Below the pieces are notes generated by a model. The model did not search any database and was not told the origin of the DNA. It saw nothing but the letters and a program-made list of their open reading frames with translations. Positions 19,175-29,109 of a stretch of DNA of 64,000 nucleotides are shown in pieces. How positions within the stretch are numbered: position 1 is the first letter of the stretch; every line of letters starts with the position of its first letter. Position numbers and translations under genes: made by a program. Origin of the DNA: Bacteroidota bacterium (GTDB lineage Bacteria > Bacteroidota > Ignavibacteria > Ignavibacteriales > Melioribacteraceae); the NCBI GenBank assembly GCA_018818065.1, contig JAHISV010000005.1, positions 42,527 to 106,526 on the forward strand. The letters run 5' to 3'.

Positions 19175-20514
19175 ATGTCTAATTCTTCCATTTTACGATA
19201 GAGCGAGGAAAGGCCAATGTTTAAAGCATTAGCCGCCTCGTCTTTGTTGTAGTCAAATTTTTCTATCACTTTTAAAATGTGTTCTTTTTCAAAATCTTTT
19301 ATGGCTTCTTTTAACGAATCGGGGAAAGTATAGTTTTTCACGTTTCCTTTTACATAGTCAGAAAGATCATTAATCGTTATTATATCACTATGGGCAAATA
19401 TAATAGCTCTCTCAATAATATTTTCCAACTCTCTTACTCCACCACGCCATTCATGGCTCATCAAAGCTTTCATAGCATCATTATCAATTCCAATAATATT
19501 CTTGCTCATCTCTTTGCAATATTTTTCAATAAAATGATTAGCAAGTAAAGGAATGTCATCGCAGCGTTCGCTTAGGGAAGGAAGTTTTATTTCAACAACA
19601 TTTAACCTGTAGTAAAGATCTTCCCTGAAAAGTCCGTTCTGAGCTTTTTCAAATAAATCCTGATTTGTGGCGGCTAAAATTCGCACATCAATTTTTATAG
19701 GTTTTGTTCCACCCACGGGAAGAAATTGTTTTTCTTCAAGAGCCCGGAGGAGCTTAACCTGCAAATTAAGTGGAAGGTCACCAATTTCATCAAGAAAAAG
19801 TGTTCCTCCCTCTGCAACCTTAAACAAACCCTGTTTGTCGTCTGTAGCGCCCGTGAAGGATCCTTTTTTGTGTCCGAACAACTCGCTTTCAATTAGGTTC
19901 TCCGAAATAGCGCCGCAATTAATGGGGAGAAAAATTCCATCCTTTCGTTTGCTATGATAATGAATTGCTTTTGCAGCAAGTTCTTTTCCAGTGCCGCTTT
20001 TGCCCATTATCAAAACATTGCTGTTTGTTGGAGCAACTTTACCAATTAATTCGAAGACCTTTTTCATAGAGGTGCTTTTACCAATTAGGTTTTCAAAACC
20101 ACCCTCGGAAGAAAGCCGGGTTCTTAGAAGTTTATTTTCCATGGATATATTTTTGAATTCGAGCAGTCTGTTTATCCTAAAAATTACTTCATCAAATTCA
20201 ACAGGTTTAAGCAAATAGTCAAAGGCGCCTTGTCTCAGAGCATCAATGGCAGTTTCAACTGAGGCATATGCCGTCATTATCATAAAAAAAGATGAAGGGG
20301 ATATTTCAGATACTTTTTTGAGCAGAGCAATACCATCCATATTGGGCATCTTTATATCGGAGATGATTACGTCAAAGTCATCTGCTTTTATTTTTTCAAG
20401 CGCGACTAAACCATCTGAGGCAGTTTCAGTATCAAACCCTTCGTCAATAAGAATCAATTTTAAAGAATCACGAATTGCCTTCTCGTCGTCAACAATTAAT
20501 ACTTTACCTTTCAT
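19153..20514 (-). CDS. sigma-54-dependent two-component response regulator (NtrC family: REC-AAA+-Fis HTH)
   Basis: 'KVLIVDDE', Walker A 'GKSGTGKELAAKAIH', 'GSFTGA' (GAFTGA variant), 'RELENIIERA', C-terminal HTH. Confidence 0.9.
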   Translation of the reverse strand: MKGKVLIVDDEKAIRDSLKLILIDEGFDTETASDGLVALEKIKADDFDVIISDIKMPNMDGIALLKKVSEISPSSFFMIMTAYASVETAIDALRQGAFDYLLKPVEFDEVIFRINRLLEFKNISMENKLLRTRLSSEGGFENLIGKSTSMKKVFELIGKVAPTNSNVLIMGKSGTGKELAAKAIHYHSKRKDGIFLPINCGAISENLIESELFGHKKGSFTGATDDKQGLFKVAEGGTLFLDEIGDLPLNLQVKLLRALEEKQFLPVGGTKPIKIDVRILAATNQDLFEKAQNGLFREDLYYRLNVVEIKLPSLSERCDDIPLLANHFIEKYCKEMSKNIIGIDNDAMKALMSHEWRGGVRELENIIERAIIFAHSDIITINDLSDYVKGNVKNYTFPDSLKEAIKDFEKEHILKVIEKFDYNKDEAANALNIGLSSLYRKMEELDIPTKSST

Positions 20515-20523
20515 AAGAACCCT

Positions 20524-22029
20524 TTATTCAATTTCATTTTCAATTGGCAGTTTAATAACAAAAGTACTCCCCTCATCAATTTTACTTTTAACTTTTATTT
20601 CTCCCATAGACCGCCTAACAATTCCGTAGCTGACGGACAGGCCAAGCCCCGTTCCTTTTCCAACTTCTTTTGTCGTATAGAAAGGATCAAAAATCCTATC
20701 AATAACGTCCTGGGTCATCCCACAACCATCATCTGTAATTTCAAAATAAACATTATGTTCATCAAAGTAAGATTTTACAAATATGCTGCCCTTACCTTTA
20801 ATCGCGTCAAGAGCGTTAATCATAATATTAACGAAAACCTGTAGTAGCTGATCCGGGACAATTTTAATCATCGGTAAATCATCAACCAGGTCATTTCTGA
20901 ACTTTACATCCTTAACACGCTTATCATACTTAACAATTCCAATTGCAGTTTTAATAACATCAGTTAATTCAGTTAACGATTTTTCCTGCGAAGGTGGACG
21001 TGAGAAATCGACAAGCTCCCGGACTATTTTTGAAATCCTGTCAATGTTTTCTTTAATATCTGCAAGTTGTTCATAAAAGAAATCATCTTTGGCTTTCCTT
21101 TGTAGCACCTGTACCAATGAGGAGATAGACGCGAGTGGATTCCCGATCTCGTGCGCTATGCCAGCCGCTAACTGACCTATAACGGCTAGTTTTTCAGATT
21201 GGTCAACCTGTTGCTGAAGCGCCTTTACTTCAGTAAAGTCTTTTATAATAACGCTTCGTCCACGGTAATTACCTTCAGTACTTCTTAGTTTTGTAACACT
21301 CAATTTAACAGAAACGAGATTGTCAGTTTTGGTCATCCTTTCTGTTTCAACAATTTTTATAAAACCTGTTTCTTTTACTTCCCTAATAATTCTTTCAAGT
21401 TCATTGCTGTATTTTGTTTCAGGGGGGAGTAAAAGGGTCGCAGGTTGACCAATTACTTCTTTCTCTGTATAACCAAATATTTTTTCTGCGCCGCTATTCC
21501 AGGCAATGAACTTCTCATTTTCATCGATAACCATAATGGCAGAATCTGAAGAGTGTATTATATTGGTCAGGTACTGCTGGTTTAGCTCAAGTTTCGAGGC
21601 AAGACGGTCACGGTCGCTGGCAAGTTCTTTCATCTGAGCTTCCTGATGAAGCATTCCGTACCGGGCATAGACCTGCTCGATTATTTCATCAAGAAAACCG
21701 AGAATTATTACCATATCAAGATCATTGTCGCCTTTGGTTTCCACTACAGCCAGTATTGCATATCTTGCCTGGCTGAAAATCTGACTTATTTCCAGGAGAT
21801 TAAGGTTTGCTTGCGAAAAGAGATTATAAATATCAATCAGGTATTCATCTGCCGAATAATAATCTGAAGTTTCAATAACCTCTATAAAAGTGTTTAGGGA
21901 ATTTCCAACAAGGGACTCTATCTGATCAATTGATAATTTGCCTGAAAGATTGCCCGCAATTTTATCAGTCCAATTTTGCAGTATTTCACTTCGATAATTT
22001 TTTAGTAGTACTAAGATTAATTTTTTCAT
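20524..22029 (-). CDS. sensor histidine kinase (PAS + HisKA + HATPase), partner of the sigma-54 regulator
   Basis: H-box 'AGIAHEIGNPLASI', N-box 'VFVNIMINALDA', 'GKGTGLGLSVSYGIV'. A 9-bp gap separates it from the downstream regulator. Confidence 0.8.
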   Translation of the reverse strand: MKKLILVLLKNYRSEILQNWTDKIAGNLSGKLSIDQIESLVGNSLNTFIEVIETSDYYSADEYLIDIYNLFSQANLNLLEISQIFSQARYAILAVVETKGDNDLDMVIILGFLDEIIEQVYARYGMLHQEAQMKELASDRDRLASKLELNQQYLTNIIHSSDSAIMVIDENEKFIAWNSGAEKIFGYTEKEVIGQPATLLLPPETKYSNELERIIREVKETGFIKIVETERMTKTDNLVSVKLSVTKLRSTEGNYRGRSVIIKDFTEVKALQQQVDQSEKLAVIGQLAAGIAHEIGNPLASISSLVQVLQRKAKDDFFYEQLADIKENIDRISKIVRELVDFSRPPSQEKSLTELTDVIKTAIGIVKYDKRVKDVKFRNDLVDDLPMIKIVPDQLLQVFVNIMINALDAIKGKGSIFVKSYFDEHNVYFEITDDGCGMTQDVIDRIFDPFYTTKEVGKGTGLGLSVSYGIVRRSMGEIKVKSKIDEGSTFVIKLPIENEIE

Positions 22030-22238
22030 ATTCTTTTCTAAAATAATTTATTTCACGTCACACATTATACTGAGTCCAATAAAATTGTCAGTGGACGAAA
22101 ATTAATGCATATTAATTGTATAAATAGTATGTTCTCAAAAATAGGCAAAGTGTCCATTTATTGAAAGCGGCTTAATCCATTCTCGGAACATACAGGACAA
22201 AAAACTGTTAAAAGATAAGATTTAATAAAAGGTGAGTT

Positions 22239-23831
22239 ATGAAAAAGATATTTGTATTTGTTGTTGTATTAGCCCTGGCTCCTGCTCTATTTGCATTGAA
22301 CCAAATTAATGATGCAAAAGTAACAAAAGTAAAGGTATTCCTTCGGGGAGCCGAAATAACACATTCTGCAAGCATTGATTATAATTTGGGGCAGAATGAA
22401 ATAATATTGAAGGGGTTGTCTACAAATCCTGATATGAATAGTTTGCGAATAACGGGTGAAGGCGATTTCATAATTATGGAATCTAAGAAGCAAACTGACT
22501 ATTTGGGTGACAGAAGTCATACGGGCAGGATTAAGGTTTTGGAAGACTCTCTTAAATTACTACGTTATGAGAATGAATCTCTTAATGCTGATATAACCGT
22601 TGCACAGGTTCAAATGGAATTGATTATGGTGAACAACAAATTGGGTACGAACACAAAAGCACCGAGTGTTTTGGAATTACAAAAGATGCAGTCATACTTT
22701 GCCAGTGAACTAACTTCGTTGAATGGTAAAGTTCTTGAGTTAAGGAGATCAATTTCGAAGCGAGAAGAAATAATTGAAAAAATAAAAAATCAACTTGATG
22801 ATTTGCAAGGTCTACAAACAATTCCTCTCTCTGAGCTTGTTTTGAAAATAATCGGCAAGTCCAAAGGTAAAGGGCGAATTGAGATTACATACTTTACGCA
22901 GAATGCCGGATGGAATGCAGCTTATGATTTAAGGGTGAAAGATATTAATTCATCAATAAATTTAACTCAGAAGGGAAGAGTTTGGCAAAATACAGGACTT
23001 GATTGGAATAACCTTTCAATAGTTTTATCGACTGGTAATCCATCACTTGGAAGTAGTATTCCCGACCTGTATCCGTGGTATCTCGATTTTATGGAAGAAC
23101 GCACGGATATATACGGGATGAAAAAAATGCAGCGTGGCGGGGCAAATGAAATGGTTGCGATGTCTTTGGCTAAACCCGCAATGGAGGCCGATGATGCCTC
23201 AGATTATATTGAGGTTCAAGAGGGACAAATAAGCAAGGAGTTTGTTTCTGAATTGAAGTATGATATTCCATCGGATGGCAAACCACATTTTGTTCAACTT
23301 CAGGAATACGAAATACCAGCTACGTACAAATATTTTGCAGCACCTAAAATATCAAATAGCGTCTTTCTAGCGGCACATCTTGATAGTTGGAGTGAGACAG
23401 TTCTTCTGCCCGGTAAAATCAATATCTTTTTTGAAAATACTTACGTAGGAAATACTCAACTGAATCTTAATCAAACAAAGGATATTAAAATTGCTTTAGG
23501 TCGAGATGAGGAAATAGCAATTAACAGAGAACAGGTAAAGGATTTTACAGAAGACAAATTTTTAAGTAAAGATGTTGAACGGAAATATGTTTTTAAAATT
23601 GATATAAGAAACAATAAAAAATCTACTATCGAGCTAAAACTGGAAGATCAAATTCCCGTTTCTCAACATGAGGATATTGAGATAGAAATCCTTGATTTAT
23701 CAGGTGGTCAGTTAGATAAAGATACTGGAAAGATAACCTGGCAGTTAAATGTTAAGCCAAACCAATCACTTGAAAAGGCGTTTTCGTTTTCTGTAAGGTA
23801 CCCTGGCGATAAAGAAATAATGGGATTGTAA
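22239..23831 (+). CDS. DUF4139/DUF4140 (mucoidy-inhibitor MuiA-like) secreted protein
   Basis: Signal peptide, N-terminal coiled-coil region, and C-terminal 'ATYKYFAAPKISNSVFLAAHL...GKINIFFENTYVG' typical of DUF4139. Confidence 0.55.
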   Translation: MKKIFVFVVVLALAPALFALNQINDAKVTKVKVFLRGAEITHSASIDYNLGQNEIILKGLSTNPDMNSLRITGEGDFIIMESKKQTDYLGDRSHTGRIKVLEDSLKLLRYENESLNADITVAQVQMELIMVNNKLGTNTKAPSVLELQKMQSYFASELTSLNGKVLELRRSISKREEIIEKIKNQLDDLQGLQTIPLSELVLKIIGKSKGKGRIEITYFTQNAGWNAAYDLRVKDINSSINLTQKGRVWQNTGLDWNNLSIVLSTGNPSLGSSIPDLYPWYLDFMEERTDIYGMKKMQRGGANEMVAMSLAKPAMEADDASDYIEVQEGQISKEFVSELKYDIPSDGKPHFVQLQEYEIPATYKYFAAPKISNSVFLAAHLDSWSETVLLPGKINIFFENTYVGNTQLNLNQTKDIKIALGRDEEIAINREQVKDFTEDKFLSKDVERKYVFKIDIRNNKKSTIELKLEDQIPVSQHEDIEIEILDLSGGQLDKDTGKITWQLNVKPNQSLEKAFSFSVRYPGDKEIMGL

Positions 23832-23871
23832 GCTTTAATGCCATGGTGGTAAACAATGCCGCCATGGCTCA

Positions 23872-23895
23872 AGTATTCAAGAATACTTTTTCTTG
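23872..23895 (+). terminator. hairpin plus T-run downstream of 22239..23831
   Basis: 'agtattcaagaatact' followed by 'ttttctt'. It is preceded by a second imperfect hairpin at 23840-23868. Confidence 0.5.
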
Positions 23896-23932
23896 AAAGG
23901 AATCCATTTTCATCCCCCGGATATTTAACTGA

Positions 23933-26900
23933 TTATAATTCTATAATCTGATTTGCGATTGAAATAAGATAAGGATTATGCTCAATAAACAGAATTGTGT
24001 GTCCCATATCTGCCAACCGGTTAAAGACATTTATCAAAGCATCAATGTCTTTGTAATGTAACCCTGAGGTCGGTTCATCCAACAGGAAGAGGTTCTTCTG
24101 ACTAATTGCTTCAAGCAGGCTTTTAGATAGTTTTAATCTCTGCGACTCGCCCCCCGATAGCGAGGATATGCTTTGACCAAGCCTCAAATGCCCGACTCCT
24201 ATTTCGTTAAGTTGATTGAGTATAAGTAACAAGGGTTTTGTTAATTTTTTGTCAAGTTGGCCGGCGAACTCAATTGTCTCAGATACTGTCAGATTTAATA
24301 CCTCTCCAATTGTGTAACTATGCAGTTTAATTTTGGATACGTTGTTGTTGTAACGTGACCCGTTGCATTCGTCACAAGTATTCCAGACATCATCCATAAA
24401 ATCCATGCTGATTTTAATTTCCCCAATTCCATTGCAGAGAGGGCATTTACCATCCTTGCTGTTATATGAAAAGGCGCTCTTTTTTATACCTGCTTCTACT
24501 GCCGATTTGCAGGAAGCAAAAATACTTTGCAAGATATCCAATAGACCCATATATGATGAGAGAGTGCTGCTTCGAGTACCGGATAAGGATTTATGGTCAA
24601 CTGATATTATTTGGTCGAACTTTACATTATTGTAAAAGCCAGTGCAATTAACCGGATGATTATTTGACAGAGTTGGTGCAAGAACATGATGAACGAGGGT
24701 TGATTTGCCCGATCCGGAGATACCGGTCAGAGCAATAATTCCTCCGGCAATAAAATCAAAATCACTATTAACCAGATTGTGTTTGGATACTCCCCGCAGA
24801 CCAAAAGATTTATCAATAGTGTTTCGTGGTATAGCTTTAGGTAAATTATAGTCACCAAGGTAAATTGGAGTAATTGCCTTGGAATTTTTTATGAATTCGG
24901 AATAGTTCCCTTCGGCAACAATTGTTCCCCCTTCGCTGCCAGATCCGGGACCCACCTCAATTATTTTGTCAGCTGTTTTTATAACCTCTTTCTCATGTTC
25001 GACAATTACAATGGTATTTCCCTTTTCTTTAAGCTTCCGTATAATTTTGAGTAACTGCTCAATGTTTTTCTGATGCAGTCCTATTGTTGGTTCATCAAGG
25101 ACGTATGTCATGCCTGTTAAACCGCCGGATAGTTGCTGCGCCAGACGAAGTCTTTGTCCCTCGCCTCCTGATAGTGTTGAGGATCTTCTGTTCAGGTTTA
25201 GGTGCCCGAGTCCCAATTCGATAAGGCTTTCGAGTGGCGGCTTAATGCTATTGTAGATAAACTCTACTATTCCAAAATGTAATTCGCTTTTTAATGTTGC
25301 TTCAAACCAACTTATTGTATCACGAATACTTAGTAAAGAGAGTTCGAAAATATTCTTTCCTTCAATTTTTATCTTTAGGGCTTCCTCACTTACTCTTGCT
25401 CCATTGCATCTTTCACATTCAACTTCATGCATCATTGAAGTTATTTCTTCAAGGTTTTTATTATGCAGTCTTCGGTGATATTCCTCGTCGATATGATTAC
25501 AAAATCCTTTCCACGGGGCAGCTATTACTTTTGAGCCAGTTGAGGTCTTAGTTCTAAATTCCCAGACTGTCTCCCATCTTTTATCTCCGGTTCCATTGAA
25601 AATAATTTCCAGTTCATCATCGGAAAAATCATTAAAAGATTTCGACAAACTAAATTTATTTCCCTTGGCGGCTTCACGTAAAACTGCAACAAATTGGCTG
25701 TGAGGATTGCCATAGTATCTTATTGTGGCATTATGATCCAGAGCTCCCTCGTCTATTGACATTGACCAGTCTTTAACTAATTTCATGGGGTCGGCAGTAA
25801 GTTTGTAACCTAACCCAGAGCAGTGTTTACAGGCACCGGATTCATGGTTAAATGAAAAGGAACTGGCTGTTAGATTTACACCACTTTTTATTGCAACACG
25901 TGAAAACATGAAGCGATACTTTTCGTTTATGCCCATCATTGTCCCAACAGTTGACCGTGGGGAGGTTGGCAGGTTCTTTCGGTTAATCGCTATTGAGGGA
26001 GTGAGATTTTCAAATGAGTCAGCTTTAGCATTGTTGGATTGTTTTATAAAACTTCTTGCATAGGTTGAAAGATTTTCTGTGAATCGTGATTGAGCCTCTG
26101 CATATAAGGTGTCGAAGGCAATTGAAGATTTCCCACTCCCTGATAATCCCGTCAAAACGGTTATTTCATTCATGGGGAATTCCACAGATACATTCTTCAG
26201 GTTGTTCGTAGTGGCATTTGTAATTTTAAGATAATTGCTTTGTCGAGGCTCGTTAAAATTTATGACTCCTTGTTCAAGTATGGATTGAGAAGTAATGGAA
26301 TCCTTCGAGTTTATAAAATCATTCCAGGGACCCTCAAATAAAAGTTGGCCGCCTTTCTTTCCGCTGCCGGGTCCAAGATCAATTATCCAGTCGGATGCTT
26401 TTATTAGTTGTTCCTGATGTTCGATGTATACAATTGTGTTTCCCTTATCAGCAAGCTCGCGTAATGCTTTAATAAGGAGTTTCGTATCCATGTAATGTAA
26501 ACCTGTTGTTGGCTCCTCAAGGATGAACCATGTATTCGCTGGTGTTTTCTTCACCAAAGAGGTAGCAAGCTTTATCCTTTGAGCTTCGCCGCCGGATAGT
26601 GTAGTTGATGATTGACCAAGTTTTAAATAACCGAGTCCCAGTGACATCAGTGTAGTAAGGTATTTTAAAATTTTAGGCTCTTTTTCAAAAAGCACTGCTG
26701 CCTGGTTAATGCTTAAGTCATACACACCAGATATAGAATGGTTTCTATATTCAACTTTCAGGGTCTCATCATTAAATCGATTTCCGTTACATTTATCGCA
26801 GGTAACATCAATATTGCCCATGTAATGCATACCAATTTGAATTTTACCGCCGCCCTCGCATTCTTCGCAGCGTCCTCCTTTGTTATTGAAAGAGAATCGT

Positions 26901-28648
26901 CCTTTGCCGAAACCAAGTTCTTTTGAGAGAGGCAGGCTGGCAAACAAATCGCGTATATGATCCGCAAGTCCCGTATAGGTTGCCGGATTGCTGCGCGGTG
27001 TTCTGCCAATTGGTGATTGATCAACTCTTATTACGTTTTTCAGGGTTGGCAGCAAACAACCCGAAACAAGACTGGCTTTACCGGCGCCTGAAACACCCGT
27101 AATTACATTGAGCGCACCAATCTTAAAGTTAACATCAAAGCCCTTTAGATTGTTAACGGAACAGTTTTGCACCAGATGGTTTTCAGTTGAGGTTTTGTAC
27201 TGAACAGGTTCATCTTCTTTTAAAAGCACTCTTTGTGTAGCTGTAAATTCAATATCCTTCTCAGGATTTATAAAATCCCTAAATGGCCCGTTAAATAATA
27301 GTTCTCCACCTTTAATCCCTGCCTGTGGACCGACTTCAATAACCCAGTCAGCATTCCTTATGGTTTCAAGGTCGTGTTCAATTATAATCACAGTATTTCT
27401 ATTATTGACCAACTCTCGCATAAGAGCAATCATATATTTATTGTCACGTGGATGAAGCCCAATAGAAGGTTCGTCAAACACGTAAAGAACATTTGATAGT
27501 TGAGCGGACAACTGGTTTACTAATCGGATGCGTTGTATTTCCCCACGGGTGAGCGTTCCGGCACCACGTGATAATTGCAAATGACCAACACCTAGGTTAC
27601 ATAAATGACTAAGCTGTTTACAGATCTGACCTGTAATTTTAATCTCTGCTTCATCTTTACTGTTAAAGCCCTCAAAAAAAATGAGGAGTTCAGTTAATTC
27701 AAAATTTGTCAGAGAGTCAATTGTTTTGCCTCTGTAAATTACCGAGAGGGCGCTATTGTTAAGTCTTTTCCCCTCGCAGGAACTGCATGTTACAGACTCA
27801 ACAAATCGTAAAATGTTTCTGTTTCTGTCCCGTCTAAGAATGTCTTCCATTATCGGAAGCATGCCTTTGTAGTATCCTTCTTCCCTGGGTTTGGCTTTTA
27901 AGGCCGTCCATTTTAATCGTGATTCCAGGCTATGTTTTCCATAAAGGACTTTTATTCTGTCGCTACCGTTCAGTATAATATCTTGCTGTTCATCTGTCAG
28001 TTGATTCCAGGGAATATCAACGTTAAACCCATGCTCCTGGCATACAGTGTTGAGTACGTCAATAGTTACCTGCGAATACATAATATATCCGTTGGGAAGA
28101 GTGGGTACGAGCGCACCCTCGCGCAATGTTTTGCTGGGGTCGGCTATCAGCTTTCCAGTAGAAATTTTTTCTTCGAGACCCAATCCGGAACAAGCCGGGC
28201 AAGCACCAAGAGGATTGTTAAATGAAAACAAACTTCTTGAAAGCTTAATACCGGAATCTGCCTTTCCGAAACGGGCAAAGAGTAATCGAAGATAGTCGTA
28301 AATTTCTGAAAGAGTACCAACTGTCGATTTTGTTGAACCGCCTGAAGTTCTTTGACCGATTGTAATAACAGGATACAACCCGGTTATTGATCCAACATCA
28401 GGTTTTGAAATTTTACCGGAAAACTGACGGGCAAAAGAGGGGATAGATTCCAAATATTGCCGGCGTCCTTCATTTGCAATAATGTCAATAGCCAGGGAAG
28501 ATTTACCGGATCCGGAGACACCGGTTACAGCGATCAGTTTATGATGGGGAATCTCCAGAGAAAAATCTTTAAGATTATTTTCCCTAGCGTTCGTAATAAT
28601 TATTCTTTCATTGGGGTTTATCATCCCAGTTTCATTCAGTTTGAGCAT
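23933..28648 (-). CDS. giant UvrA-like ATPase with four ABC nucleotide-binding modules (tandem fusion of two UvrA2-like units) and Zn-finger motifs
   Basis: 1571 aa. Four Walker A motifs: 'GVSGSGKSSLAID', 'GVSGAGKASLVSG', 'GLSGSGKSSIAFD', 'GISGSGKSTLVHH'. Four ABC signatures: 'LSRGAGTLTRGEIQRIRL', 'LSGGEAQRIKLA', 'LSGGEGQRLRLA', 'LSGGESQRLKLS'. Multiple CxxC pairs, e.g. 'CPACSGLG', 'CEECEGGG', 'CERCNGARV', 'CDECNGSRY'. Confidence 0.8.
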   Translation of the reverse strand: MLKLNETGMINPNERIIITNARENNLKDFSLEIPHHKLIAVTGVSGSGKSSLAIDIIANEGRRQYLESIPSFARQFSGKISKPDVGSITGLYPVITIGQRTSGGSTKSTVGTLSEIYDYLRLLFARFGKADSGIKLSRSLFSFNNPLGACPACSGLGLEEKISTGKLIADPSKTLREGALVPTLPNGYIMYSQVTIDVLNTVCQEHGFNVDIPWNQLTDEQQDIILNGSDRIKVLYGKHSLESRLKWTALKAKPREEGYYKGMLPIMEDILRRDRNRNILRFVESVTCSSCEGKRLNNSALSVIYRGKTIDSLTNFELTELLIFFEGFNSKDEAEIKITGQICKQLSHLCNLGVGHLQLSRGAGTLTRGEIQRIRLVNQLSAQLSNVLYVFDEPSIGLHPRDNKYMIALMRELVNNRNTVIIIEHDLETIRNADWVIEVGPQAGIKGGELLFNGPFRDFINPEKDIEFTATQRVLLKEDEPVQYKTSTENHLVQNCSVNNLKGFDVNFKIGALNVITGVSGAGKASLVSGCLLPTLKNVIRVDQSPIGRTPRSNPATYTGLADHIRDLFASLPLSKELGFGKGRFSFNNKGGRCEECEGGGKIQIGMHYMGNIDVTCDKCNGNRFNDETLKVEYRNHSISGVYDLSINQAAVLFEKEPKILKYLTTLMSLGLGYLKLGQSSTTLSGGEAQRIKLATSLVKKTPANTWFILEEPTTGLHYMDTKLLIKALRELADKGNTIVYIEHQEQLIKASDWIIDLGPGSGKKGGQLLFEGPWNDFINSKDSITSQSILEQGVINFNEPRQSNYLKITNATTNNLKNVSVEFPMNEITVLTGLSGSGKSSIAFDTLYAEAQSRFTENLSTYARSFIKQSNNAKADSFENLTPSIAINRKNLPTSPRSTVGTMMGINEKYRFMFSRVAIKSGVNLTASSFSFNHESGACKHCSGLGYKLTADPMKLVKDWSMSIDEGALDHNATIRYYGNPHSQFVAVLREAAKGNKFSLSKSFNDFSDDELEIIFNGTGDKRWETVWEFRTKTSTGSKVIAAPWKGFCNHIDEEYHRRLHNKNLEEITSMMHEVECERCNGARVSEEALKIKIEGKNIFELSLLSIRDTISWFEATLKSELHFGIVEFIYNSIKPPLESLIELGLGHLNLNRRSSTLSGGEGQRLRLAQQLSGGLTGMTYVLDEPTIGLHQKNIEQLLKIIRKLKEKGNTIVIVEHEKEVIKTADKIIEVGPGSGSEGGTIVAEGNYSEFIKNSKAITPIYLGDYNLPKAIPRNTIDKSFGLRGVSKHNLVNSDFDFIAGGIIALTGISGSGKSTLVHHVLAPTLSNNHPVNCTGFYNNVKFDQIISVDHKSLSGTRSSTLSSYMGLLDILQSIFASCKSAVEAGIKKSAFSYNSKDGKCPLCNGIGEIKISMDFMDDVWNTCDECNGSRYNNNVSKIKLHSYTIGEVLNLTVSETIEFAGQLDKKLTKPLLLILNQLNEIGVGHLRLGQSISSLSGGESQRLKLSKSLLEAISQKNLFLLDEPTSGLHYKDIDALINVFNRLADMGHTILFIEHNPYLISIANQIIEL

Positions 28649-28704
28649 AGCAAAAATTAGCTAATTATGGTGAGATATAAAACTTTCAAGTGAAGTGTAA
28701 GAGA

Positions 28705-29109
28705 TTATCTGCCGGCGCATTTAATGCAATGGCTGGCATAGGGGATACTTTTAAGTCTGTTAAAAGCTATTTCTTCCTTACATCTGAAGCAAAAACCATA
28801 CTCAGCATGATCGATTTTAGTAAGCGCAAAATTCATCCTGTCAAGAAGGGTTTTCTTATCTCTAAGTGCCGCCTCAGAAATTGCCTGGTTATTTATAGCA
28901 TCCATTCGTGAAACTCTTCCGTAGGCGCTGTCAGGAGAAATTGGTTTAATAGTGCTCTCCAGCAGTTCAATCTCTTTTTCTAACTCAGCAATTTGAAGAG
29001 CGACAAGTTTTTTAAGTGTATTCTTTTCTTCAGATATCATAAATATTTTATAAAGAGGGGCTTCCTTCACTAATAATGATAAGGGTTTATCACTCCATTT
29101 CTTTTTCAA
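28705..29109 (-). CDS. DksA/TraR-family C4 zinc-finger protein
   Basis: C-terminal 'CFRCKEEIAFNRLKSIPYASHCIKC' (CxxC-x17-CxxC) preceded by a coiled-coil region. Confidence 0.75.
   Translation of the reverse strand: MKKKWSDKPLSLLVKEAPLYKIFMISEEKNTLKKLVALQIAELEKEIELLESTIKPISPDSAYGRVSRMDAINNQAISEAALRDKKTLLDRMNFALTKIDHAEYGFCFRCKEEIAFNRLKSIPYASHCIKCAGR

Noticed and set aside
22030-22238. Sigma-54 -24/-12 promoter upstream of the DUF4139 gene
   Set aside because: 'tggacgaaaattaatgca' has GG and GC elements, but the spacing (N12) is wrong for RpoN consensus (GG-N10-GC). No other candidate was found by eye.
24363-28295. Multiple 60-97 aa ORFs on the plus strand (24363.., 24466.., 25294.., 26738.., 27932.., 28047..) and minus-frame ORFs (25525.., 26758..) inside the UvrA-like gene
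   Set aside because: All are embedded in a 4.7-kb ORF with continuous, strong UvrA homology. They are typical antisense or alternate-frame artefacts.
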